From a virus (taxonomy: Duplodnaviria; Heunggongvirae; Uroviricota; Caudoviricetes): a stretch of 64,000 nucleotides of DNA. The translations under genes were made by a program, and so were the position numbers. Below, in pieces: positions 54,768-63,500 of the stretch. The notes beneath the pieces were generated by a model. That model did no database searches. It was not told the DNA's origin and saw nothing but the letters and a program-made list of their open reading frames with translations. Every line of letters begins with the position of its first letter. The first letter of the stretch is position 1. The stretch lies in the IMG/VR virus record IMGVR_UViG_3300042341_001208. One strand, 5' to 3'.

Positions 54768-55629
54768 CATTCACAGTACTTCATTCATAGATCCATATAT
54801 TCAGCTCGGAAAATTTAATCACGTTGGGAAAAATGTACAAATCAAGTACCTTGACGAAAATAACAAGCCATCCGTTGTAATCGGAGATAATAACATTATC
54901 AACGATAATACAAGAATCTTAATAGGGGAAAATCCACTGAGTATAGGAGATTGGAATGTTTTTCATAACGACATGCTAGTTATGGTTGGTAAAAAGATTG
55001 ACATTGGTCATAATTGTTGGTTCGGTCAAAATACAATTTTAGATGGATCCGGAGGACTTTCTATAGCTAACGGGGTTAGAGTTGGAATGTATTCTCAAAT
55101 ATGGACACACGTTGCTAGCGGTGAATTAATAGAGGGATGCTTATTGTTTGGAGACAGTAAGACAAACATCGAAGACGATGTTTGGTTAGTTGGAAGCTGT
55201 ACAGTTTCTCCAGGGGTTTGTTTAAGAAAAAAATCAGTTTTTTTAATAGGATCCATAGTAACAAAGGACTCGGAAATCGAAAAGGTATACTCAGGAACAC
55301 CAGCCACTATTAATGATAAAATAAAAGCTTGGAAAGAGATCTATCCTGTTGATAAATTAAAAATGCTACTTGAATGGAGTGAGATTTTTTGTATCGGTAA
55401 AAAATACGAAATTGACAATCAAATCGAATCGGGATACTTTACCGTCAAATCTACCGAAGATAAAGAGATGTTAATTTTTTTTATCAATGGGGGATTTTCG
55501 ATACCAAACGAATATGTTGTCAGTTTATTTAATGTATTGGACAAGACACTTACCAAAAAAAATAGTCTCTTAGAAAGAACATTTTATAAATCTATTTATA
55601 ATAATAAAGCTAGATTTCGTATCATATAA
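54760..55629 (+). CDS. hexapeptide-repeat (left-handed beta-helix) sugar N-acetyltransferase
   Basis: Repeated [LIV]G..... hexads: IDIGHNCWFGQNTILDGSGGLSIANGVRVGMYSQIWTH. Confidence 0.6.
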   Translation: MNNIHSTSFIDPYIQLGKFNHVGKNVQIKYLDENNKPSVVIGDNNIINDNTRILIGENPLSIGDWNVFHNDMLVMVGKKIDIGHNCWFGQNTILDGSGGLSIANGVRVGMYSQIWTHVASGELIEGCLLFGDSKTNIEDDVWLVGSCTVSPGVCLRKKSVFLIGSIVTKDSEIEKVYSGTPATINDKIKAWKEIYPVDKLKMLLEWSEIFCIGKKYEIDNQIESGYFTVKSTEDKEMLIFFINGGFSIPNEYVVSLFNVLDKTLTKKNSLLERTFYKSIYNNKARFRII

Positions 55630-55641
55630 AAATAAAAAATC

Positions 55642-56601
55642 ATGAAAAATAAAAAAATACTCCTAATAGGAGGAAGCGGAGCTCTTGGAAAAACTCTAAT
55701 AGGGCTCTATCAAAACGTGAATCAAATCAAAGTATTGAGTAGGGACGAACACAAACAAGTCAATTTAATATCTTCAGATTGGGTAAACAAAGAAAACGTT
55801 AGTTTTATGATCGGAGACGTTAAGGATAAAGATTGTATCCTAAACGCTATAGAAGATTATAGACCAGATATAATCATAAACGCAGCTGCGTTGAAGCACG
55901 TTCCTGTGTGTGAAATAAACCCATACGAATCGGTTAACGTGAATATAATTGGGCATCAAAACTTGTTAGAGGCTGTGAGACGTAGTAAGCATACTATAGA
56001 GACTTTGATTTATGTATCATCTGATAAAGCGTGTAAACCGGTAAACATCTACGGAATGTGTAAAGCAATCTCTGAAAGATTGTATATTGAATTTGCAAAA
56101 AAACAAACGGATATAAAAGTTTGCTTAGTTCGATATGGAAACGTTTTGGAATCTACAGGTTCTGTTATTCCATACTTTAAGCAGCTATTAAAAGATGGAG
56201 TAACAGAACTACCCATCACAGATTTACGTATGACAAGATTTTTATTAACACTGGAATCAGCAGCTAAGCTAATAGAATGGGCATACTACAGTCCCATATC
56301 ACACGGTAAGATAGCAATACCTAAAGTACAATCATTTAAGATAATAGATATCGCAAATGCTTTAATATCAGAATATCATCCAAATTCAGACATTAAATTG
56401 AAAGTTGTAGGAATACGAAAAGGTGAAAAATTACACGAGGAAATGATATCTTCCGAAGAGTGGTTGCGTACTGAAGATCACGAAAACTATCTTATTACAG
56501 ATGAAATAATTAGAGAAGAGGGGATTTCTTATAATTCCTATGACAGTGTGATGCACGAAGAGAAAGTTCATGATTTCTTAAAGCTTTGCGGTGTGATCTA
56601 A
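55642..56601 (+). CDS. UDP-HexNAc 4,6-dehydratase-like SDR (PseB/FlaA1/CapD-type)
   Basis: Rossmann ILLIGGSGALGKTL; YVSSDKACKPVNIYGMCKAISE reproduces S.DKA..P.N.YG.TK catalytic block (YxxxK). Confidence 0.65.
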   Translation: MKNKKILLIGGSGALGKTLIGLYQNVNQIKVLSRDEHKQVNLISSDWVNKENVSFMIGDVKDKDCILNAIEDYRPDIIINAAALKHVPVCEINPYESVNVNIIGHQNLLEAVRRSKHTIETLIYVSSDKACKPVNIYGMCKAISERLYIEFAKKQTDIKVCLVRYGNVLESTGSVIPYFKQLLKDGVTELPITDLRMTRFLLTLESAAKLIEWAYYSPISHGKIAIPKVQSFKIIDIANALISEYHPNSDIKLKVVGIRKGEKLHEEMISSEEWLRTEDHENYLITDEIIREEGISYNSYDSVMHEEKVHDFLKLCGVI

Positions 56602-56673
56602 TAATATAATGGGAGTAACAGAAATATACAACGGACAAAGATCAAGTAATTTACTAAGGAAAAATAGGATCTT

Positions 56674-57585
56674 ATGATAACAACAAATTTAACAGGTAAC
56701 TTAGGAAATCACATGTGGCAATATGCTGTATGTAGAGCCATATCCGAAAAACTTGGATATGAATGGGGGATAAATCCTTCTCCCTCGCATGACTATCACA
56801 ATGGGATGAACCAAATGTATTTTATGGATGTGGATTTTGGGAAATTTCCAGAAGGTGAATTTGTAGACTTTCATGAAAAATGGACAACATATAGACACAT
56901 AGATGATGTCAATATCACTTTTTTAGATCCTAGAGTTTATCAGATTCCAGATGGGACTCGAATGATAGGAGATAATGGAGCATTGGGAGGAATTTATCAA
57001 TGTGAAGATTATTTGATAGAAAGGAAGGAAGAGATATTAAAATGGTTCAGCATCAGGAACGAATACAAGAATAAGTTTGATTTGGAGATGGAAAAAATGG
57101 GAATTGTTCTTGATGAAAATACCTGTGTTATAAATTTCAGAGGTGGAGAATATAGGGGCCTTAGTAATGTAATTCTAAGAAGAGAATATTGGAGGGACTC
57201 TATAAATCATATGCTTTCTCTAAATCCTCAAATGAAATTCGTAATTGTCACAGACGATCCGGGATGCGCTTCCTCGTTTATGCCATTTGACATTCCGACT
57301 GTACACGGAGAGATTGGATTAGATTTTTATACAGTTAATCAATCAAAATGGGTAATTTTATCCAACTCTACTTTTGGATGGTGGGCAGGATGGTTAAACA
57401 CCAGGGCAGAAAAAATCATAGCTCCAAAATATTGGGCAAGACACAATGTTAGTGATGGGTACTGGGCAACTGGGGAATCTTATACCAGAGGATTCACATA
57501 TCTTGATAGAGAAGGATCTCTATCTGACTACGAAACTTGTAAAAAAGAAGCTTTAGATTACTATAAATTAAAAAATATTATATGA
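56674..57585 (+). CDS. alpha-1,2-fucosyltransferase-like glycosyltransferase (GT11), second copy
   Basis: GNLGNHMWQYAVC and SNSTFGWWAGWL GT11 motifs. Confidence 0.65.
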   Translation: MITTNLTGNLGNHMWQYAVCRAISEKLGYEWGINPSPSHDYHNGMNQMYFMDVDFGKFPEGEFVDFHEKWTTYRHIDDVNITFLDPRVYQIPDGTRMIGDNGALGGIYQCEDYLIERKEEILKWFSIRNEYKNKFDLEMEKMGIVLDENTCVINFRGGEYRGLSNVILRREYWRDSINHMLSLNPQMKFVIVTDDPGCASSFMPFDIPTVHGEIGLDFYTVNQSKWVILSNSTFGWWAGWLNTRAEKIIAPKYWARHNVSDGYWATGESYTRGFTYLDREGSLSDYETCKKEALDYYKLKNII

Positions 57586-58445
57586 GAATTTTTGACGGAT
57601 TTTGTTTCTTTAACGAGCTTGACATACTAGAAATTAGATTAAATACCCTGGATCCCCATGTTGATTATTTTATAATAGTAGAATCCTCCGTAACACACAC
57701 TGGAAATCCTAAACCCTATTATTTTGAAGAAAATAAAGAAAGATTCAAAAAATTTCTACCAAAAATCATACATTTGAAAATAGAAGATACCCCTAATAAT
57801 TTCACTGATCTGGGAGAAGATTTATTAGGTTCTGATTTTGATTCTCTAGAAGTTAATAGGATAAGTGGATTTATAAAAAATCAAAGTTGTTTTAATATAA
57901 ACCACGAGATTCATTATGGGAGGGATTTTTACCAAAAAGAATGTGTCAGAAGAGGATTTGAGTTCTGCGAAGACGATGATATTATAATTTTTTCAGATTG
58001 CGACGAAATTCCAAATCCTGAAATTCTAAAATCTTTAAAGACCTTTTATAACCCAGATTTGTTCTATGATTTTTTACAGACTACTTATTATTATTATTTA
58101 AATGTTCTCAAGGAAAAAAACTGGAGAGGATCTTCTATGGGGTCTTTTAAAAGATTAAAGGAATTTTCTCTTAATCAATTAAGGGCTCAGAAAAATCAAG
58201 AAATTGAAAATGGAGGATGGCATTTTAGTTTTATGGGAGGTCCAGAAAAAGTAAGAACTAAGATAACATCCTATTCCGCTCAGGAAATGCTAAATGCAAA
58301 TGTATTACAATCTATAGAGAACAATATAAATAATAATATAGATCCTTTCTTTCGAAGTACTCTTTCGACAGTGTGGATAGATTCATCATACCCTTCATAT
58401 ATTACCGAAAATCTACCTAAATTTAATCACATGATAAAAAAATAA
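57582..58445 (+). CDS. GT17-like glycosyltransferase (MGAT3 family fold)
   Basis: FDGFCFFNELDILEIRLNTLDPHVDYFIIVESSVTHTGNPKP matches the GT17 N-terminal signature (D.F.F..ELD.LE.RL..L...VD.FvivES..T..G.PK). Confidence 0.6.
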   Translation: MRIFDGFCFFNELDILEIRLNTLDPHVDYFIIVESSVTHTGNPKPYYFEENKERFKKFLPKIIHLKIEDTPNNFTDLGEDLLGSDFDSLEVNRISGFIKNQSCFNINHEIHYGRDFYQKECVRRGFEFCEDDDIIIFSDCDEIPNPEILKSLKTFYNPDLFYDFLQTTYYYYLNVLKEKNWRGSSMGSFKRLKEFSLNQLRAQKNQEIENGGWHFSFMGGPEKVRTKITSYSAQEMLNANVLQSIENNINNNIDPFFRSTLSTVWIDSSYPSYITENLPKFNHMIKK

Positions 58446-58504
58446 TAATTTCCTGAAATTATTCCTGAAATTTTATCTAAGATAATCTATACAAATTCAA
58501 AAAA

Positions 58505-59791
58505 ATGATAAACCAAGAAAGTATTAAAAGTCTGGTGGGAAATCACGTTTCCCCCTACATATACAACTCCAAAGAGTTCAAGCCCGGAAAAACCCCCATC
58601 TATTATTCAGGTCCATATTGGGACAATAGAGAAGCAGAAGCAGCTATAGACTCTTTGCTTAATGGAAGATGGATAACAGCAGGGGAAAAAGTCTTTTTGT
58701 TTGAAAGAAAGTTCAGCAAAAGATTTAATGTACAGCATTCTCACATGGTAAATTCAGGCAGTTCTGCAAATCTTGTTATGATAACTGCTTTGAAGACTAG
58801 ATTTGGCTGGGAAGACGATGACGAAATTATAGTTTCCCCAGTTGGATTTCCAACAACCATTTCTGTTTTGCACCAGAATAGATTAAAACCTGTATTTGTT
58901 GATATCGAATGGGAAACCTTAAATTTTGATGTCAGCAGAATCGAGGAAAAAATCACTCCAAAAACAAAGGGAATTTTCGTTTCTCCTGTTCTGGGTAATC
59001 CTCCAGACATGGATGAAATTCTAAGAATTGCAGAGAAACATAATCTTAAAATTATAGGCGACAATTGTGATTCTTTAGGAAGTAAGTGGGATGGAAAATA
59101 CCTAAATGAATACTATGTTGCTTTCTCAAATTCTTTCTACCCGGCACACCATATTTCTACTGGAGAAGGTGGAATGATCTGCACAAATGACGAGGAAATT
59201 AAAAAGCTTCTTGTTAGTATTTCATGGTGGGGCAGAGACTGCTATTGTGTTGGATCTGCTAATCTACTTTCTTGTGGGACTTGTGGAAAGAGATTTGACA
59301 ACTGGTTAGAATCTTATGACGGAATTGTGGATCACAAATATGTCTTTTCTAATATGGGATACAATCTAAAGCCTTTAGATCTTCAAGGTGCTATAGGACA
59401 AGTTCAACTTGAGAAGATAGACGAAATAGAAGAAAACAGGAAAAAATCTAAGAGCCGAATAGAAGAAATTTTCATCTCCAATATTAAGGGGATAAAACCG
59501 GTTCAAACTCATGCAAAATCAGATGTTTGTTGGTTCGGTACCCCGTTTATTTGCGAAGAAGAAGGACTAAAACACAGACTTGTTGATTACTTAGAAGCCA
59601 ATAAAATTCAAACCAGAAATTATTTTGCTGGTAATATTTTACTTCATCCTGGTTACAAATTCCTAGATGATTTTAATAACTACCCAGAGGCAAATAAAGT
59701 TCTTGATAAGGTTTTCTTCATAGGAGCAGCTCCCCACTATACAGAGGTAGTTTTCGATTACATTGAAGAGGTTGTTAAAAATTTTAAATGA
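58505..59791 (+). CDS. PMP/PLP-dependent sugar 3-dehydratase (DdhC/AscC/ColD-like) with Cys cluster
   Basis: DegT fold but active-site motif FYPAHHISTGEGG has His in place of Lys as in E1/ColD dehydratases; CYCVGSANLLSCGTCG Cys cluster as in [2Fe-2S] E1. Confidence 0.6.
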   Translation: MINQESIKSLVGNHVSPYIYNSKEFKPGKTPIYYSGPYWDNREAEAAIDSLLNGRWITAGEKVFLFERKFSKRFNVQHSHMVNSGSSANLVMITALKTRFGWEDDDEIIVSPVGFPTTISVLHQNRLKPVFVDIEWETLNFDVSRIEEKITPKTKGIFVSPVLGNPPDMDEILRIAEKHNLKIIGDNCDSLGSKWDGKYLNEYYVAFSNSFYPAHHISTGEGGMICTNDEEIKKLLVSISWWGRDCYCVGSANLLSCGTCGKRFDNWLESYDGIVDHKYVFSNMGYNLKPLDLQGAIGQVQLEKIDEIEENRKKSKSRIEEIFISNIKGIKPVQTHAKSDVCWFGTPFICEEEGLKHRLVDYLEANKIQTRNYFAGNILLHPGYKFLDDFNNYPEANKVLDKVFFIGAAPHYTEVVFDYIEEVVKNFK

Positions 59792-60486
59792 GAGTAGTTA
59801 TTCTAGGCGATGGTCTATTGGGAAGCTATCTAAGAGATAAAACCCAATGGGATTTTATAAGCAGGAAAAAAGACGGAATCGATTTTTCTAATCTAGATTC
59901 ATATTCTTCTAAATTGGAAGAATATGATGTTGTTGTTAATTGTATTGCAAATACCGACACTTATTCAGAAGATAGGAATTTGCATTGGGAAATCAACTAC
60001 GAAGGCGTTGCAAATTTAATTGATTTTTGCAACTCTTCAAATAAAAAAATAATTCATATCTCTACAGATTATATCTATACCTTTTCAAAAGATAACGCTT
60101 CAGAAAATGACGTTCCTGTCCATTCCAGAAATTGGTATGGATACACTAAATTACTTGGAGAGGGGTACGTTTTATTGAGATCTAAAAATTATCTAGTCAT
60201 AAGGACTACACAGAAAAAAACCCCATTTACTTATCCAAAGGCATACATAAATCAAGTAGGAAATTTTGACTATGTTGATAAGATAGGAGATTTGATAATA
60301 AGACTGATAGAATCTGGTGCTACTGGAATTTATAATGTGGGGACAGATAAAAAGTCTATGTACGATCTAGCTCTACAGACAAACGATAAAGTAGTTGCAA
60401 CTATGGATTTATTTGATCCAACGACACCAATTAATCTAACCATGGATTTATCGAAAATGAATAAATTCCTAGATGATGGTATATAA
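59788..60486 (+). CDS. short NAD(P)-dependent sugar reductase/epimerase-like protein (RmlD-like)
   Basis: N-terminal Rossmann MRVVILGDGLLGSYL; 232 aa, shorter than RmlD. Confidence 0.4.
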   Translation: MRVVILGDGLLGSYLRDKTQWDFISRKKDGIDFSNLDSYSSKLEEYDVVVNCIANTDTYSEDRNLHWEINYEGVANLIDFCNSSNKKIIHISTDYIYTFSKDNASENDVPVHSRNWYGYTKLLGEGYVLLRSKNYLVIRTTQKKTPFTYPKAYINQVGNFDYVDKIGDLIIRLIESGATGIYNVGTDKKSMYDLALQTNDKVVATMDLFDPTTPINLTMDLSKMNKFLDDGI

Positions 60487-60489
60487 TAA

Positions 60490-60574
60490 GGAGAGGTGGC
60501 AGAGCGGTCTAATGCGGCAGTCTTGAAAACTGTTGAAGGTCACACTTCCGGGGGTTCGAATCCCTCCCTCTCCG
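60490..60574 (+). tRNA. tRNA-Ser (anticodon UGA)
   Basis: Acceptor GGAGAGG/CCTCTCC, anticodon arm GCAGT-CTTGAAA-ACTGT (anticodon TGA), long variable arm GAAGGTCACACTTCC, T loop TTCGAAT; 85 nt without CCA; starts 4 nt after upstream stop. Confidence 0.85.
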
Positions 60575-60590
60575 CTCTTTAAAAACTAAT

Positions 60591-60620
60591 ATAGGATCCG
60601 TAACTGGATCCTATTTCTGT
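60591..60620 (+). terminator. stem-loop after tRNA-Ser (possible terminator/processing signal)
   Basis: Perfect 9-bp inverted repeat ATAGGATCC-(gtaact)-GGATCCTAT then TTCTGTG (weak U tract). Confidence 0.35.
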
Positions 60621-60846
60621 GTAATCTGATACCTTATAAATTCAAATTGAACTAAGCAGCAAAGAGATTATCAATCCATAGCAAGATATTAGAGGATTGA
60701 TCCTTTTCTTTGCATTTTATTTTCGAGTGATATATAAATCAAATTAAGAAATTTAAAATAAATGAAGGAAAAGTTTTTAATTTTTTAAGAATCGAAAATC
60801 GATATATAAGGAAGATATATAGTAAAAATATAAAAATAAAATCAAC

Positions 60847-62955
60847 ATGAGAAAAGTATACGACTTCTCCACATTCAACTTCATTTACGAAGCAGAAGCT
60901 GCAGCAGCTCCAAAAGCAGAAGCAGCTCCGGCAGCAGCAGGAGCACCAGCTGCAACAGAGGCTAGTAAACTTTATGACAAGACGTTAGGTCTTATCATAA
61001 CCACAGCTTTAAATTCTTACAGTTCAGAATTATCATTTCCTAGTAAACCTTATGATCAGAATATAGATGCTGACATTGCATCTGTAAAAGCTGTAGGAGC
61101 GACAGAAAAACCAGCAGCTCTGGTAAAGATCATGGAAAAAGTTAAAGCTGCTTCAGCAGATAACACTTTAGAAGGAGCAAAAGAAGCAGTAGATGCTTGG
61201 GTTGCTGCAGGAACAAAAGCAACTGAAGCTCTTAGCAAAATGATTGATCAGTATAAAGACAAGCCAGAAGAGCTTAAACACATTAACGATTTTGTTAATG
61301 CCCGCCTTGATGCTTACTTGAAAGGGATTCAAGATTCATCTAAGGCTAATACTCTTAAGGGAGCTTTAACTAAACTAGCAAATGAATCTAATTCCTATGA
61401 AGGATCTGATTTTATTTTCGAAGGAATTCTAGAAGGAAAAAAAGGAATGATCGGGGATATCTCTAAACAGATAACTCTAGTTAATGCTAAGCTTGCATCC
61501 CTTTTACAAACTCCAGGAATGGAAGCTGATGTTAAGAGACTTCAAAGCGAAGTAACTAAAATCTCAGCAGATATGGGAGCTCTTTTAGCGAAGAAGAATA
61601 GCGAAATTAGTAAAGACGATATCAAAAAAGCGGCGGCAAGACTTGCAGAAATACCAACTGAAGCAGATCAAGCAGCAGAAAAAATGCTTAAGCAAGATAC
61701 TACTAATAAAGAAGCAGCAGCAATCCTAGTTCAAGCATTAGGTTTAGTTGATGAAGCTAAAGATAAAGAAGTTGTTTATCTCGGTAAAAAAGAAGAAGCT
61801 TTACAAAAAGAAAAAGCAGCATCCTTCGTCAAATACGATAAAGATAAAGCTGGTGAAGCTAATCCTAAAGTTATGGAATTCCAAAAGCTTGTAATGGACA
61901 AATTTAAGGACGTTAAAGGAATTTCAGGTCTTTCTCAATTCAAAAATATGGGAACGTCTGGTAAATTTGGTCCAGCTACTGCATCAATGGTAAAAATTCT
62001 AAAAGATGGTTACGGACTTAAAGATTCAGATTCTTCTGATATTACAGGTGAACTTTTTGCAGAGCTAAAGAAAAATGAAGAAATCAAAGAATCTAGAATA
62101 CTTACTTTTGAAGGATTTGCAGGAATTAACGAAGGATTTAACGTTGAAGCAGCAACTAAATCTGCTTCTAAAAATACTTCAGGTGGAGGAAGTAAAAGTG
62201 GGGGAAGTAAAAGCGGAGGAAAATTTCTATACAAGAAAGGAGACACTGGTAACGTTGTTGTTGCGATCAATAGAATAGTAGGTCAAAAAGAAGACGAAAA
62301 GAAATACACAGATGATACTGTAGCAAGAGTTAAGGAATTCCAAAAACTTAATAGATTCAACGTGGACGGGATTGTAGGGGAAGATACTTTAATAGGACTT
62401 TACGACACTAGAGGTGAGTCAAAAAAACAAACTAAATTAAATGATGCAAAAGCTGTAAGAGGACCATGGTCTTATAAGATATTAGCGGATCTTCTAAAAG
62501 AAGTTTATACAGAAACTAAAGGTAAAGCTAAAGAAGAAGGAACCTTGACAGATGAAGATATATTAGGGGAAACTTCAGGACTATCTTCCTTTATTAATAC
62601 TATACTTCCAGCAGCTAAGTATGCAGCATTTCTAGGAATTGCAGGAATACCGGCAGCTGTATTAGGAACTTCCATAGACGCTCTTAAAGATAGAAGAAAC
62701 GGAGTTAAAGGAGTAGTAGACGCTCTTGATGGGTTTGTAAAAGAATCTGATCTTGCTTATGTTTTAACTATTGTTAAAGCTCTATCTGGTAAGAAAATGA
62801 AGGATGGAACTTCTGCAATTGAAAGATTTAAGAAGTTATATAAAATGGACGAAGGAGAAGATCTAAGAGAAGACGTTGAAAGCGTAGGAACCAAAACTAT
62901 GTCAGTTAAAGGAGATCTTATTAAAGAGGAAATTCTTAAATTGTTAGGAAAATAA
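60847..62955 (+). CDS. large protein with two peptidoglycan-binding (PG_binding_1-like) repeats and Ala-rich N-terminus
   Basis: ANPKVMEFQKLVMDKF...GKFGPATASMVKILKDGYGL and TDDTVARVKEFQKLNRFNVDGIVGEDTLIGLY match the PG-binding helical repeat; low-complexity AEAAAAPKAEAAPAAAGAPAA and GGGSKSGGSKSGG. Confidence 0.6.
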   Translation: MRKVYDFSTFNFIYEAEAAAAPKAEAAPAAAGAPAATEASKLYDKTLGLIITTALNSYSSELSFPSKPYDQNIDADIASVKAVGATEKPAALVKIMEKVKAASADNTLEGAKEAVDAWVAAGTKATEALSKMIDQYKDKPEELKHINDFVNARLDAYLKGIQDSSKANTLKGALTKLANESNSYEGSDFIFEGILEGKKGMIGDISKQITLVNAKLASLLQTPGMEADVKRLQSEVTKISADMGALLAKKNSEISKDDIKKAAARLAEIPTEADQAAEKMLKQDTTNKEAAAILVQALGLVDEAKDKEVVYLGKKEEALQKEKAASFVKYDKDKAGEANPKVMEFQKLVMDKFKDVKGISGLSQFKNMGTSGKFGPATASMVKILKDGYGLKDSDSSDITGELFAELKKNEEIKESRILTFEGFAGINEGFNVEAATKSASKNTSGGGSKSGGSKSGGKFLYKKGDTGNVVVAINRIVGQKEDEKKYTDDTVARVKEFQKLNRFNVDGIVGEDTLIGLYDTRGESKKQTKLNDAKAVRGPWSYKILADLLKEVYTETKGKAKEEGTLTDEDILGETSGLSSFINTILPAAKYAAFLGIAGIPAAVLGTSIDALKDRRNGVKGVVDALDGFVKESDLAYVLTIVKALSGKKMKDGTSAIERFKKLYKMDEGEDLREDVESVGTKTMSVKGDLIKEEILKLLGK

Positions 62956-62962
62956 AACCTCG

Positions 62963-63496
62963 ATGGGAAGACTTCTAAACATACAAGATTTTAAATCTTT
63001 CCATTTAATGGAAACAGAAAAGAGTCCCCTGAGTGGGACTTTTTCTGTTAACGAAGACGTAGTTCCAAGTCCGGTTAAAAAAGGTAAGGAAGAATCCTAC
63101 AGAAGCATAGCATATAAGCTTTCTGAAATTTTTGGCCTATATGGATTTTTCTTCGCTCAAAAACCTGGATTCATGAAGCCAGACCAATGGAAAAAATACA
63201 CTTCAGATATAGTAAAAATTACGGATCCAACTGAAAAGTGGAAAAAAATAATAGACACAGTATCTGAATTTCAAAATAAAGTTTCCTCTCCTGAGATCCT
63301 CCCTTCAAAAGGAGAATTTGGACATCTAGGACAATATAGTTACGAACAGGAAACATCTCAGCTTCCTACAGCAGCTAAATTGTTAAAGAATGCACATGAT
63401 GCGATTTTCAAAACTTTCAATCCAGAAGAGCAGAAAAAATCAATAACAATTTTAAATAGTATCATATCAGGTACTAAAGCATTAAGTCTCGAATAA
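62963..63496 (+). CDS. hypothetical protein
   Basis: 177-aa ORF. Confidence 0.45.
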   Translation: MGRLLNIQDFKSFHLMETEKSPLSGTFSVNEDVVPSPVKKGKEESYRSIAYKLSEIFGLYGFFFAQKPGFMKPDQWKKYTSDIVKITDPTEKWKKIIDTVSEFQNKVSSPEILPSKGEFGHLGQYSYEQETSQLPTAAKLLKNAHDAIFKTFNPEEQKKSITILNSIISGTKALSLE

Positions 63497-63500
63497 AAAA

